NCBI GenBank assembly: GCA_030704615.1
Contig: CM060734.1
Location: 27,714,001-27,778,000 of the forward strand
Length of the DNA: 64,000 nt
Direction of reading: 5' to 3'
DNA from: Takakia lepidozioides
Taxonomy: Eukaryota > Plantae > Bryophyta
Both the position numbers and the translations under genes were made by a program. The notes beneath the pieces were generated by a model. The model was not told the DNA's origin, made no database searches, and saw only the letters and a list, made by a program, of their open reading frames with translations. This document shows, piece by piece, positions 1 to 13,331 of this stretch. How positions within the stretch are numbered: position 1 is the first letter of the stretch; each line of letters begins with the position of its first letter.

Positions 1-1
1 T

Positions 2-3000
2 ATGGAAGCCGGACCAAGTGTAGCCGTAAGTGTGGTAACCCTTGTAGTGGATACCCTTGCGGTAACCCGAACTCAGGCCAAGAAACATAAACCTCCAGAT
101 AAGGAGATTGAAGAAGAACGGAAACAATATCCAGAAAGTGCAGCATGGCAGGAGGAAAAAAGCTTACACCAGGAAGTAAGTAAAGCCATAGCTCAAATGC
201 AAGAGGGAACCCATATACCTTCTGGAGAGCCAACTCCAGATAAGCAAATCAGACCAACGGTGAAGACCATGAATACAAGCACGGAAACAGAATTGGCCGA
301 AGTAATCTGTCAGACCAAGACCCAAATTACCATTGGACAATTATTAAAAATTGCTCCACACTGCAAGAAAACTTTATTTCGGGAAATCGAGGCATTGACC
401 CCCACACCAAAACGGAAGATGGTAACGAATGTACTCATCAATGGAGGATCCGGAGTGAATATCATGACAGAAAAGATGAAGAAGTCACTAGGATTGGGGC
501 ACATGGAACCTGCTCCATTCACGGTACGAATGGCTGATCGACGAAAAGTGCAGCCATTGGGGATCATCATACGACTTGCAATGGAAGTAGCAGGACTGAT
601 ATACGAAATATCAGTAACCATTCTCAGAATGGAGGATGTGGCAGAAGGATATTTGCTACTACTTGGCCGACCATGGTTAACACAAGCCCAATCACACCAC
701 GATTGGGGGAGTCAGACTCTCACAATAAAAAAGGGAGCAGAACAAGTCACCATCACTACGAAGCAACGAGGTACCATTCCACGAGAGAAACGACCTTGCA
801 TAGTGGAAGAATATGATTGGTCCAGTGGACTGTCGGATGAAGAAGAAGCCACAGTATACGCAGCACATCCACAGTTGGAACCTATTGGACAACTAGTGGT
901 CAAGCATACCACAACAGTAGAATGTCACATGGTGAACACCCAAGAAGAACCAAATACTTTAAGAACTGAAGATCCAGAGGAAGAAGCGATGGACACACCT
1001 CAACACCCGGCCCGTTTCTATCAAGAAAGGGAAGAAGACATTCAAATCAGTGAAGTACCTGCCACAATTGCAACCATCGGACAAGAGATTGCAGGATGGA
1101 CAGTAACGGAAGAAACTCAATTGACTCAAGTGAATCTGGGAACATGGGGAACACCACAGACAATATGAGTAAGTGCAGGTCTTGAAGAATCATTTCTACA
1201 AGAAGCTACTGCATTAGTCACTGAATACAAGGATGTATTTGCTTGGAACTACAAAGATTTGAAGGGTATACCTTCTAATATCTGTCAGCACCGAGAAGTT
1301 GACACAAAATCAATTCGTCAGAACCATTACAGAATGAACCCCAACTATGCAGCTAAACTTTGGGAAGAAATCAAGAAGTTACTGGATGCGGGATTCATAT
1401 ACCCAGTAGAGACACCACAATGGTTATCGCCCATTGTGATAGTACCCAAGAAAAATGGAAAACTGCGAGTGTGTGTGGACTACCGCAAGTTAAACGCAGG
1501 AACCAAGAAATACCCCTTTCCACTACCTTTTACTGAAATAGTGTTGGACACAGTGGCTGGACATGAGATGTACTCATTCATGGATGGGTTGAGTGGATAC
1601 AACCAGGTGCAGATGGCAGAAGAAGACCGAGAAAAGACCGCATTCATCACTGAATGGGGAGCCTATGCTTACAAAGTCATGCCATTTGGACTTTGCAATG
1701 CACCAGCCACATTTCAACGAGCAGTATCCGAGATATTCAAAAACTATCCCAACGATTTTATGCAGGTATTTTTGGATGATTTCAGTGTCTTCAGACATAA
1801 ATCCAAACATTTGGCATAGTTAAAACTTTGCCTACAAGCCTGCAGAAACAATGGAGTAAGTCTCAACCCGGAAAAATGTACATTTTGTGTGAATTCAGGA
1901 TTATTATTGGGACACATTGTGTGCCAACAGGGAATTCTGGTAGATCCAAAGAAAGTGGAGGTTATCCAGAAAATACCACCACCAGAAAATCCCAAGAAAC
2001 TCAAGAGATTTCTGGGACAAACGAGCTATTACATAAGGTACATGGACAAATATGCTCACAGAGCGGCACCAATCTATAGACTGCTGAAGCAAGATGCCGA
2101 ATACCGATGGTCTCCAGCTTGCCAGGAATCATTTGATTCACTAAAAAGGGCACTCACAGCAGCACCAATTCTGATAAATCCAAGATGGGAGTTATCATTT
2201 CATGTACACAGTGATGCATCAGACATTGCCTTGGGAGCGGTTCTAGCTCAGAATGTGACAGGCACAATAGATTCACCAATCTATTATGCAAGCAGATTGT
2301 TAACAGCAGCAGAAAAGAACTATAGCACCACAGAAAGAGAAGCATTGGCAATGATTTATGCTGTTCAAAAATTTCGGCATTATTTACTTGGCAATCGCTT
2401 TAAGTTTATTGTTGATCATCAGGCTCTAGTTCATTTAGCAAATCGACCACTAGCTCGTGGCACGGTTGCTCGATGGTTATTACTTCTTCATGAGTATGAC
2501 TTTGAAGTTGTTCATAAACCAGGGAGATTACAAGCAGATCATCTATCAAGGATTACTACAGGAGAACCAGCCACGGGGGTAGATGATCAATTTCCCGATG
2601 CATTTCTGTTTGCTATTCAACCAAAAGCACCAGATGAAGAGACAGATCCTATAAATGCTCTGGGAATGTTTCAAGGAGACTATGACCTTCCAGATGCTCT
2701 CAAACTCATGGACGACACTGATGAAGAAGAGGATTCATCCGATGAAGATGAACCTCTTGATGAAGGACTTATTATTGAAGAAGAGCCAGATCCAGAAGAA
2801 GAAGATGACAAGGAAAACGAAGAAACAAACAATCAAGAATTGGCCAATATCAGTATTGGAGCTTATACAGTCACCAAAGAAGAATCAGAAGATATTCAGG
2901 ATCAAGATCAAGATGATTGGCAATGGCCAATCAAATACTATCTGAACACAGGGAAATTTCCTGAAGATTACACCAAAGATGACAGGATGAAGCTTTCAAT

Positions 3001-3945
3001 GAAAAGCAAGCCATACACAGTAATCAAAGGAATTGACTCCATAATGAGAAGATGTGTAAACAAAGACCAAGCCAAAACAGTAATGCAAGAACTACACGAA
3101 GGAATTGCAGGAGGACACTTCAGTTCGGACCTGACAGCAAAAAAAAAATTACTAGCAGGGTACTGGTGGCCTACTGTATTTGGAGATACTTATGAACACT
3201 GTCAACAGTGTGATGTCTGCCAGAGGATGGGACCAGTAGAACGAACGGGGAAGGGGACTCTGCACCCAATACTACCAACAGAACCATTTCAGCGCTGGGG
3301 GCTAGACTTCGTGGGACCCATTAAACCTCTAGCAAGGTACACACAAAACCAATACATCCTCACAACCACTGACTACACTACCAAATGGGTAGAGGCCAAG
3401 GCACTAAGAGACAACACTGCCAGATTGATAGCCAAATTCTTATATGAAAACATCATCACACGATTTGGTTGCCCACTGGAATTCGTCAGTGATCAAGGAT
3501 GCCATAAAATGCTTGACGGAGGAGTTCATGATCGTACATCACAAGAGTACTGATTACTATCCCCAAGGAAACGGCCAGGCCGAATCTACCAACAAAATAT
3601 TATGCACTATCTTAACCAAGATAGTAAATGCCAATCGTACAGATTGGGACTCCAAATTGAACACAGCACTATGGGCATATACAAGGTGACCACAAAGCAT
3701 ACACCATTTCAACTGGTGTATGGAGCAGAGGCACTATTACCCATTGAATGTATGATACCCACACTACGAACCGGAACTCATGAACGATGGGGTTTAGAAG
3801 AATCCTTACGAGTCGGAGAATATGAGTTATTCCATTTAGAAGAAGTTTGAGCAGATGCCGCATCAGGAACAACGAAGGAAAAGAATATCTGAAGGGAAAG
3901 AGAAATCTTTCCAGGACGGGGACATTGTTTTGTGGTTACCTAAAA
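2..3945 (+). mobile_element. Degenerate Ty3/Gypsy (non-chromovirus, Athila/Tat-like) gag-pol: protease, RT, RNase H, integrase; broken by stops and frameshifts
   Basis: Protease-like VLINGGSGVNIM (2-1168). RT motifs LRVCVDYRKLN, MPFGLCNAPATFQ, FLDDFS (1259-1819). RNase H HSDASDIALGAVL, NYSTTEREALA. Integrase HHCC (H..IAGGH..CQQCDVCQ) and WGLDFVGP, YYPQGNGQAE (1889-3850). Confidence 0.93.
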
Positions 3946-6062
3946 TCAAGAATGAGTATTTGGATCATTTCATGCAAGTGTTCTTAGATGACTTCAGTGT
4001 GTATAGCTCTAAGAATGAGCACTTGCAGAAGTTGGAGTTATGTTTGGCCAGATGCAAGATGAGAGGTCTTGGTCTGAATCCAGAAAAGGTACTTCTGGGA
4101 CACATTGTGTGTAAGAAGGGACTGCTTGTGGATCCTAGAAAGACAGGCTATTAAAGCCTCACCACCACCAAGTAACGTGAAGGGTTTAAGGAGGTTCCTT
4201 GGACAAACTACTTATTATAGAAGGTTTGTTAAACGATATGCACAGATGGCAGCTCCATTGAGCAAGCTTTTGAAGAAGGATGCAGTGTTTACATGGACAG
4301 CTGAATGTCAACAAACTTTTGAGGAACTTACATTGTCAGTAACGACTACACCTGTGTTGATTAACCCACATTGGCATGTAGTATTTCATGTACGTTGTGA
4401 TGCCTCAGGAGAAGCATTGGGAGCTGTGTTAGCCCAAAATATCACAGGAAACATAGATTCACCTGTGTACTATGCTAGCAGGTTGTTGAACAGTGCTGAA
4501 ATGAACTATAGCACCACTGAAAGAGAAGCATTGGCAATGATTTATGCAGTCAAGAAATTCAGGCATTACCTATTGGGAAGGAAGTTTATGTTTTATGTGG
4601 ATCATCAGGCTTTGATTTATCTGGTGAACAAGCCTTTGATAAGTGGCAGGATAGCAAGATGGTTAATAATCTTGCACGAGTTTGAATTCAAAGTTGTTTA
4701 CAAGCCTAGCTGTTTGCATCTTGTGGCAGTTCACTTGTCACGCCTATCAACAGGAGAGCCCGCCATGGGAGTGGACGACCAACTACCTGATGCGAGTCTA
4801 TTTGCAGTGGAGGTGCAAGGAAGTGCAGATGATTGGTTAGATTGGCAGTGGCCAATCAGATATTACCTTACTCATGGTCAGTGCCCCCCCAATTATGGGA
4901 AGGAACAGAGGAAGAGAATAGCTATCAAGGCTTTACCCTACACTATGATAGGTGGCAGATTGTATAAGCTAGGACCTGATGGAGTTCTTAAACGATATTT
5001 GTACCACCATGAAGTAAATAAAGTTTTGGAAGAAGTTCATAAAGGAGTGGCTGGAGGTCATTTTGGAGAGGAGACTACTAGGAGAAAGATATTACTTGCA
5101 GGTTACTGGTGGCCTACTCTGTTCAAGGATGTACACAAGTATTGCAAGAGTTGTGATGAGTGTTAGAGGCTAGGACCTTTGCAAAGATCTGGAAAGATGG
5201 CTTTGCATCCTACAATGCCTACTGAACCATTTCAGAAATGGGGACTAGACTTTGTTGGACCAATAAACCCACCAGCCAGAAATACACAGAACAAGTATAT
5301 AATCACAACCACTGATTATACTACAAAGTGGGTGGAAGCTAAGGCTCTGAGGAACAACACAGCTAAGTCTACAGCAAGGTTCCTGTATGAGAACATACTT
5401 ACAAGATTTGGCTATCCCCTGGAATTTATCAATGACCAGGGAAGTCACTTCATTAATGAGACCATAGAATTATTGACTAAAGAGTTCATGATTGTACACA
5501 TGAAGAGTACAACCTATTACCCACAGGGTAATGGGCAGGCAGAGGCCACCAACAAAATACTATGCATTATTTTGGCTAAGATAGTCAATGCAAACAGAAC
5601 GGATTGGGATACAAAGCTGCTGACAGCTTTGTGGTCATACAAGACTTCATATAAAGTCACCACTAAGTATACACCATTCCAATTAGTTTATGGTATGGAA
5701 GTTTTACTTCCAGTGGAATTCTTGTTACCTACCATGAGAACTGAATAGGGAAGGAGAATGGAATTGGAGGATTCAATTAAAGTCAGGAAATATGATTTAT
5801 ATCATGTGGAAGAAGTACGTGCTGATGCAGCAGATAACATGACCAGAATTCAGATGAAGAGGAAGGATCAATTTGATGAAGGTAAATTGAAAACTTTTAA
5901 GACGGGTGATTTGGTTATGCGGTTCAGAAGAAGGGAAAGATTAAAGCTTTTAAGCTTAAGTCACCATGGAAAGGACCTTTTGTCATACAAAAGATGTATG
6001 ATAACAACACAACCATGTTATAAACCATTAACAAAGAGACGCTTGGAAGAGTTAATACCAAT
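3946..6062 (+). mobile_element. Second degenerate Ty3/Gypsy pol fragment of the same lineage (RT C-terminal part, RNase H, integrase)
   Basis: FMQVFLDDFSVY at ~3970; CDASGEALGAVL, NYSTTEREALAM (4105-5166); FQKWGLDFVGP, YYPQGNGQAEATN (5179-5748). It duplicates the domains of the first copy but is clearly diverged at DNA level. Confidence 0.92.
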
Positions 6063-6240
6063 AAAGGGATACAGTGGTATCCATGATAAACCATTGCAGC
6101 ATGATTTTCATATTGAAACACAGAAGCAGTCACGGACTACACCGGTAATACCAACGGAGCATGAGGCACTTGTTGTAAAGCCGAATGTGTATGGCCTAAG
6201 CGTAGAACACGGGTGTTCACATAGTCATCACAGGCCACCA

Positions 6241-6330
6241 TAGTATGACACAGCCTATCACAGCCCATCACAGCATCACACAGCCTATCACAGCTCGTCA
6301 CAGTTTGACACAGCCTGTCACAGCCCAACA
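6241..6330 (+). repeat. Short degenerate tandem repeat (CACAGCCTAT-like, ~10 bp unit)
   Basis: cacagcctatca cagcccatca cagcatcaca cagcctatca cagctcgtca ... is visible directly. Confidence 0.7.
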
Positions 6331-6347
6331 CAACCCACGCAGGTTGC

Positions 6348-7319
6348 GGCCAAGAAGAGTGCACTGGGAGGAGCTGGAGAAGCTCCACCCTTGGCCGGGA
6401 CTTGGAGGAAGTCGGCCGAACTAGCTAGTGGAGAGTAGAGTCAAGTGTGGGGTTTGGTTCTTTGCCATGGGACGCCATGGTACGGAAACAAACTCCTTGA
6501 TGTGGGACGCCACAACTTGGATGTTCGTTTCTACAAAATGGACAAGTCGATGAGGACATTGACTCCCTGTTGGTAGGGGTGTGTGTCGCGGCCCTTTGCC
6601 TTGAGGGCAGGGAGGTCGGGACACAAGAGGGGCTGCCTTTGTGGTGGGGGCAGTAGCAGCGATAGGTACGGGGGCTGAAGCACCCTTGAGTGCCCAAGGC
6701 ACTCAAGGAGGCGGAGGCGCTCACTAGGTGGAGCCCCGCACACCGGGTTGCGGTGGGGGTGGCTCCACAAGGGGTGGTGGTAGCTTAGTGGGACTTAGTG
6801 GGACTTAGTGGGGGTGGCATAGGACTCACCATGGGGGTGGAGACCTCATGATGGGAGTCGTGGGGAGTCTTGGGACTCATCACGGTCCATAGGGGCCGTG
6901 GTGAGCGGGCCAAGACTCACCGCGACTCACCACCGGGAATCGAGGGTCTTCGTGGTGGTTCGCCATAAAATGGCATGGCTGGTTGTGAAACCCCCGCGGA
7001 CAGCTACAGAAGTATATATAGGGAGTAGTAACCCCGAGAACGGTGCAAGCCCGTTGGTGACCAAAAACTAGTGAGTAAGTGAGCGAGCCGGAAAGCGACC
7101 AAAGAGTAGGGAGCTGTTCCGGACTGCCATCTACCAAAGGGAATTCTCCTAGTCCCAATTAGGTAGAGGGTTTTAGAGGGAAGCGAAGGGGGACCGTTAT
7201 GTCTCGGTGAGCAGCCGAAGCTCCAAGTTGGCCCGGCGGCCAGGTTGGGAGTCAGGCGCGCGCATCAAAGCGAGTAACTATGACTTGAAGGGGAGTTTAC
7301 CGAAGTGAGGTGCGCGACA
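6348..7319 (+). repeat. 3' part of an LTR of the chromovirus family (ends ...GTGCGCGACA)
   Basis: Near-identical to 10688-11046 (direct) and 11047-11973 (inverted). Ends in CA; TATA-like TATATATAGG at ~7013. No canonical PBS follows. Confidence 0.8.
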
Positions 7320-7559
7320 GGCCAATCCCAAATGTCAATATGTAAAAGCTAGCTATTTCCTAGCTAGTTTCACACTAGTGGTAAAATAACTTGACAGCCG
7401 CAAGAGAGTAGTCACGCTACCGTGTGGGAATGGTGGCGAAGTTTTACGAGTGTCAAAAACGCCCAACCCCGTGGGAGGGTGAATAAACCTTCTGTCAGCA
7501 AGGGAGTGGGCCGTGGAGGAGTCACGCGAGCCCCAGTTTTTGCTTTATGTAAGACAAGT

Positions 7560-10052
7560 GAAGGGAGAAGGCGATGGGGAGCCGAGCCTAGATTGGATCA
7601 AGGGGATTTTGGAGAAATAACAGGATGTGATGCCGGAGGATTTACCAAGCGGCTTGCCACCGCAAAGGGGAGTTGACCACAAGATTGAGGTGATACCGGG
7701 ATCGGAGCCGCCTGCCAAGGCGCCCTACCGGTTGAGCCACAGAGAGTTGGTCGAGCTGAAGACTCAGCTCAAGGATCAAATGTCAAAGGGGTACATCAGG
7801 CCGAGTAAGTCACCTTACGGAGCCCCGGTGCTATTCGGAGAGAAGAAGGATGGGACGCTGTGGATGTGTGTCGACTACAGGGCTCTGAATAAGGTGACTA
7901 TCAAGAACCGGTACCCTTTGCCAAGAATCGACGACCTCTTCGATCGGTTGGCAGGAGCAAAGTATTTCAGCTGGATCGATTAGCGCTCCGGCTACCATCA
8001 AATCCGAGTGGCGGAAGGAGATGAGGAGAAAACCGCGTGCAAGACAAGATATGGTTCGTATGAGTTCTTGGTGATGCCTTTTGGACTCACCAACGCACCT
8101 GCGACCTTTAGCACGCTGATGAACAGCCTTTTCCAGGAGTGGCTAGATGACTTTGTGATTGTGTACATCGACGACATCTTGGTATACTCGAAAACAAAGG
8201 AGGAGCACTTGGAGCACCTCAAAAAGGTGTTCCAGAAATTGCGGGAAGGGAAGTTGTATGCCAAAGCTTCAAAGTGCGAATTCGGGGTCACAAAAGTGGA
8301 GTTCCTGGGGCATGTGATTACACAGGATGGGATCAAAATGGATGACAGAAATGTGAGGGCGATCTTGGACTGGGAGCCTCCGACTTCGGTCCTGGGAGTG
8401 CGATCATTCCTAGGACTCGCCTCCTATTACCGAAAGTATGTGAGAAATTTTGCCAAGATCACGGGGCCGCTGTCAGACCTTATGTGTAAATCCAAAGTTT
8501 GGGTATGGAACACATTTTGTGGTCAAGCTTTTGCCGAGTCGAAGGAGCGGATGGCGGAAGCTCCATTCCTCAAAATCCCGGAGTTTGACCGTCCATTTGA
8601 GATTCATACGGATGCGTCGGACTTCGCTATAGGGGGTGTACTCATGCAGGATGGACGTCCAATGGCTTACGAAAGTAAGAAATTGAATGAAGTAGAGCGA
8701 CGGTGGCCTACGCATGAGAAGGAAATGAAGGCGGTGGTGCATTGCCTTGAGCTTTGGCGCCACTATGTTGGTTCCAACCCGGTGAAGGTGTTCACGGACA
8801 ATGTCACGGTGATGTATTTTGCCACGCAGCCTAAGTTGTCCCCAAAACAACTTAGGTGGCAAGATACTTTGGCAGTGTTCGACGTGGATATCCAGTACAA
8901 ACCGGGATGGGACAATGTGGTGGCCGATGCTTTAAGTAGAAAGCAGCAGCTCATGTTGGTGTACAAGGGCGAGACGACGCTCCAAAGGAAGATCCGGAAG
9001 GCTTACCGGAAGGATGAAAGCGTCTCTACGTGCCGAAGGGAGGAAAATGGGTCATTTCATCCCCACCAAGGAGACGACAACGGCGCAGGAGACGGGGCAA
9101 CTTTACTTCGCCCACATCTTCAAGCATCATGGACTCCCGAAGGATATTGTCTCGGACCGCGAAACAAAGTTTACGAGTAAATTTTGGAGGGCACTTTGGA
9201 AGAAGATGGGGACAAGGCTCAAGATGAGCACCGCCTCCCGACCTACGACGGACGGCCAAACGGAAAGGGTGAATTCCGTGGTGAAGCAGATCCTGCGGAA
9301 TTACGTGTCGGCAGACCAATCAGACTGGGTGGAGCACTTGGATGCGGCAGAGTTCTGTTATAATAACACAAAACACTCCGTAACGGGAGTTTCCCCTTTC
9401 GTATTGGTCTATGGAAAAGCACCTCTGGTGCCGACAAGTTGGGCCACCCAAGACGTTGATGAACCAGCAGCAGCAGCGATGCTGGAAGAACGCGAGCGTT
9501 TGTTGAAGCTCGCAAAGTACAACATTGCCAAAGCTAGGAAACGGTATGAAAGGCAGGCAAATCGGAAGCGGAGGGAAGTTAAGTTTGAGGCAGGCACGGA
9601 GGTTTGGTTGAACATCAAGAATTTTTGACTACCTCCGGAAGTGAGCCCGATGTTCGTACCTCCGTATGCGGGACCCTTTCGCATCCGGAAGGTTATGAAT
9701 GAGGATGTGTATGAATTGGAGGTGCCGACAAACAGGAAGATGCATCCGGTATTCCACGTCTCTTTTTTGAAGCCTTACTTCAAGATGAAGCGTGTCCGAA
9801 TCGGCATCAAGTGTTGCGTCCGCCACCTTTGCTGTTGGATCATGAAAATGAACCTGAGTACGAGGTGGAGGTTCAAGAATCGAGAATCGGAGTATCTCGT
9901 GAAATGGAAGGGCTATCATCATGTGGAGGCATCTTGGGTGCATGCCTCAGAAATGAGAAACGCATCCGAGGCGGTTGCAGCTTTCGAAGGGCGACCTCAA
10001 AAGCGGAAGAAGCGTTGATGGGGACATCAACCTTGGATCGTGGGGAAGGAAA
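7560..10052 (+). mobile_element. Degenerate chromovirus-type Ty3/Gypsy pol (RT, RNase H, integrase, chromodomain) ending in a PPT; gag, protease and the integrase Zn finger are deleted
   Basis: [77 protein letters not shown], chromodomain EYLVKWKGY..EASW. PPT GGGGAAGGAAA at 10042-10052. Confidence 0.93.
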
Positions 10053-11046
10053 TGCATACTTAGCCTGGCTTAGCTAGCTCAGGAATCCGATTGCAAGAAC
10101 TTGTATTGTACAAATTTTGTTATAAATGAAATGGTTTCCAAATGTTGCGCCTCCTATTTTGTTTGGAATGGTGATGCATGGTATGGTTGGCTAGTGTGTA
10201 GAATCCATGCTAACTTACAAAAGTGGGAGAGGTAAATTGGATTAATCGTGTGTTTGCGCAGTGCCGAAATCGGGTGACTCCCATCCAAGGGGCAAAGAAA
10301 TTTGCGTCTTCTTTGGGAGTTCACGTGCTAGTGCGCACTTGGCACGTGCGCGTACTATAATTGCGCTACCGAGGGGTTTGCCTTGTAGTGCAGGCTAACG
10401 CGGAAGCTACGTGCTTCCGTTCAAGTACTATAATCGTGTAGCCTCGGGACGAAGTCGTAGTGCGGCTTCGGCGTGTTCCCGTACCTCATGCCAGCATTCC
10501 AAGGCGGACCCAATTGTAGCGATTGGGGCGCACGGTTGGTTCAAGGTTATCTGCCTAGTCAAAAAGGGTTCAAGGTGAACCCTTGCTCAAGGCGATGCCA
10601 AAAGCGGCATCATGAGCGGTCGCAAGCAATGTTGTTGCAGTAAGGCGATTCGATCCTCGTGGAGGATCGTTCCTTGGCCTTGGAGTAGGCCAAGAAGAAG
10701 TGCACTGGGTGGAGCTTGAGAGGCTCCACCCTTGGCCGGGACTTGGAGGAAGTCGGCCGAACTAGCTAGTGGAGAGTAGAGTCAAGTGTGGGGTTTGGTT
10801 CTTTGCCATGGGACGCCATGGTGCGAAAACAAACTCCTTGATGTGGGACGCCACAACTTGGATGTTCGTTTCTACAAAATGGACAAGTCGATGAGGACAT
10901 CGACTCCCTGATGGTAGGGGTGTGTGTCGCGGCCCTTTGCCTTGACGGCAGGGGGTCGGGACGCAGAGGGGCTGCCCCTGTGGTGGGGGCGGTGGCAGCA
11001 ATAGGTACGGGGGGCTGAAGCACCCTTGAGTGCCCAAGGCACTCAA
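10053..11046 (+). repeat. 3' LTR of the chromovirus, interrupted at 11046
   Basis: Starts with TG immediately after the PPT; 10688-11046 matches 6348-6706. Confidence 0.8.
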
Positions 11047-11973
11047 TGTCGCGCACCTCACTTCGGTAAGTTCCCCCTTCAAGTCATAGTTACTCGCTTT
11101 GATGCACGCGCCTAACTCCCTAACTGGCCGCCGGGCCAACTCGGAGCTTCGGCTGCTCACCGGGACATAACGGTCCCCCTTTACTCTTCCACAAGACCCT
11201 CTCCCAATTTGGGCCTAGTGGAAATTCCCTTTGGTCGATGACAGTCCGGGATAGCTCCCCACACCTTGGTCGCTTTCCGGCTCGCACGCTTACTCACTAG
11301 TTTTTGGTCACCAACGGGCTTGCACCGTTCTCGGGGTTACTACTCCCTATATCTACTTCTGTGACTGTCTGCGGGGGTTTCACAAACAACCATGCCATTT
11401 TATGGCGAACCACCACGAAAACCCTCGATTCCCGGTGATAAGTCGCGGTGAGTCTTGGCCCACCCACCACGGTCCCATTGGACCGTGATGAGTCCCAAGA
11501 CTCCCCACGACTCCCACCACAAGGTCTCCGCCCCCATGGTGAGTCCTATGCCACCCCCACTAAGTCCCACTAAGCTTAACACCACCCCTTGTGGAACCAC
11601 CCCCACCGCAATCCGGTGTGCGGGGCTCCACCTAGTGAGCGCCTCCGCCTCCTTGAGTGCCTTGGGCACTCAAGGGTGCTTCAGCCCCCGCATCTATTGT
11701 CGCCACTGCCCCCACCACAGGGGCAGCCCCTCTCGTGTCTCGACCCCCTGCCCTCAAGGCAAGGGCCACGACACACACCCCTACCAACAGGGAGTCGATG
11801 TCCTCATCGACTTGTCTATTTTGTAGAAACAAACATCCAAGTTGTGGCATCCCACATCAAGGAATTTGTTTCCGCACCATGGCGTCCCATGGCTAAGAAC
11901 CAAACCCCCACTTGACTCTACTCTCCACTAGCTAGTTCGGCCGACTTCCTCCAAGTCCCGGCCAAGGGTGGAG
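11047..11973 (-). repeat. Inverted LTR copy of the same family, joined by its exact LTR terminus
   Basis: TGTCGCGCACCTCAC at 11047 is the reverse complement of the LTR end at 7305-7319; the match runs back to the equivalent of ~6383. Confidence 0.88.
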
Positions 11974-11999
11974 GGCCCCTCTCAATTCGCGACCTCATA

Positions 12000-12430
12000 C
12001 ACGGCGGTTTGGGATCACGGTTGTCATTTCCGCATTCATGAAGCGCAAAACAACGTTTGATTCTGGCTTGTGTGCCACATATTGGCAAGACTCCGTATGG
12101 GGCAAGGGAGATACACGACCTACATGAGCCAACTCAACTACATTCGGAAGCTTGAGAGCATACTCCAACTTCAGTATACAAGGTACCAGCCTCTTATCTT
12201 CAAGGGAAGGTGGTTCCAACCACATGTTAGGGGCCCTCCGCAACACTAGTGGAAGACGAGTGTGGTTTCTTGCGCGTCAATGTAGATAGGTTGAGTGCTC
12301 ATTGTCCCTCCGATGAGCCTTTTGCATGGCCTTCAGACATGGAACAAGTTTTATTATCCGAAGACAAAACAAAAGGCGGAAATTGGAAGGTGGTTGTGTA
12401 TGCTAAGCCAAGAGGAAGACGTATCTATTT
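12000..12430 (+). mobile_element. CACTA/En-Spm transposase fragment (DUF4216-like region)
   Basis: My translation QLNYIRKLESILQLQYTRYQPLIFKGRWFQP..VEDECGFLRVNV..DEPFAWPSDMEQV..NWKVVV resembles the C-terminal region of CACTA transposases. Confidence 0.7.
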
Positions 12431-12940
12431 GGTCGGGATGTACATGGGGCGAGGCAAATGCGGAGGAGGAAGAGACTAGTCATGATGATGCTGATGTTGG
12501 CCAAGGTTAAGTAGAGGGGGTACAAGAGGATGATGACGCCCCGCAGAATGTAGCCAAACCCTATACGATGAGGATGATGACGCCCCGCAGAATGTAGCCA
12601 AACCCTTTACGATGAGGTTGCATCAGATGCGGATGTTGGAGAAGAAGATGAAGACATGGTCATTGAAAACAGATGGAAGATGATTCAGACGTGCCTTTTT
12701 CTGACCAGGCCATTTATGACAATGACTCCGACGACCAAGAAGACTTGCAGCTTGATGAGGACGAAGAAGCTCCGGATGATGATGTTCAAGTTGATTAGAC
12801 ACGTAATCAAAGCTACATAATAATTCTTGCACATAACTGTAACATCAAGGCATTTTTGGAATTCCCTATTCAGGGTGGCCGGACATAGATATCTTGTGAG
12901 ACACCATGACCAACACATATCACTTCACTGTATGTATTCA

Positions 12941-13206
12941 AGATTTTCATTCCTTCCCATGACAAGGATCCAAGGCATGGCCGCCTCAGCCTGGATTCAA
13001 TCCCGCGTAGTTGTGCAACCATCCCACAACAAAACATCCCCTAGGCTTATGGCTGGCTTTTGAGCATGCAGGTAGATTTTCATTCCTTCCCATGACAAGG
13101 ATCCAAGTCATGGCCGCCTGCGCCTGGGATTCAATCCCACGTAGTTGTGCAACCATCCCACAACAAAACATCCCCTAGCTTATGGCTGGCTTTTGATCAT
13201 GCAGGT
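12941..13206 (+). repeat. Tandem duplication of ~133 bp; a smaller ~47 bp duplication lies at ~12525-12617
   Basis: agattttcattccttcccatgacaaggatccaag...catgcaggt occurs twice head-to-tail. Confidence 0.9.
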
Positions 13207-13280
13207 ACTTCAGACCTTGCTGCATACTTGTCTGGGGACTACACTCTACAACACTATTCGTCATGCTTGGAAGTGAGACC

Positions 13281-13284
<4 letters not shown>

Positions 13285-13327
<43 letters not shown>
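13285..13327. repeat. (GA)n microsatellite
   Basis: Directly visible. Confidence 0.97.
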
Positions 13328-13331
<4 letters not shown>

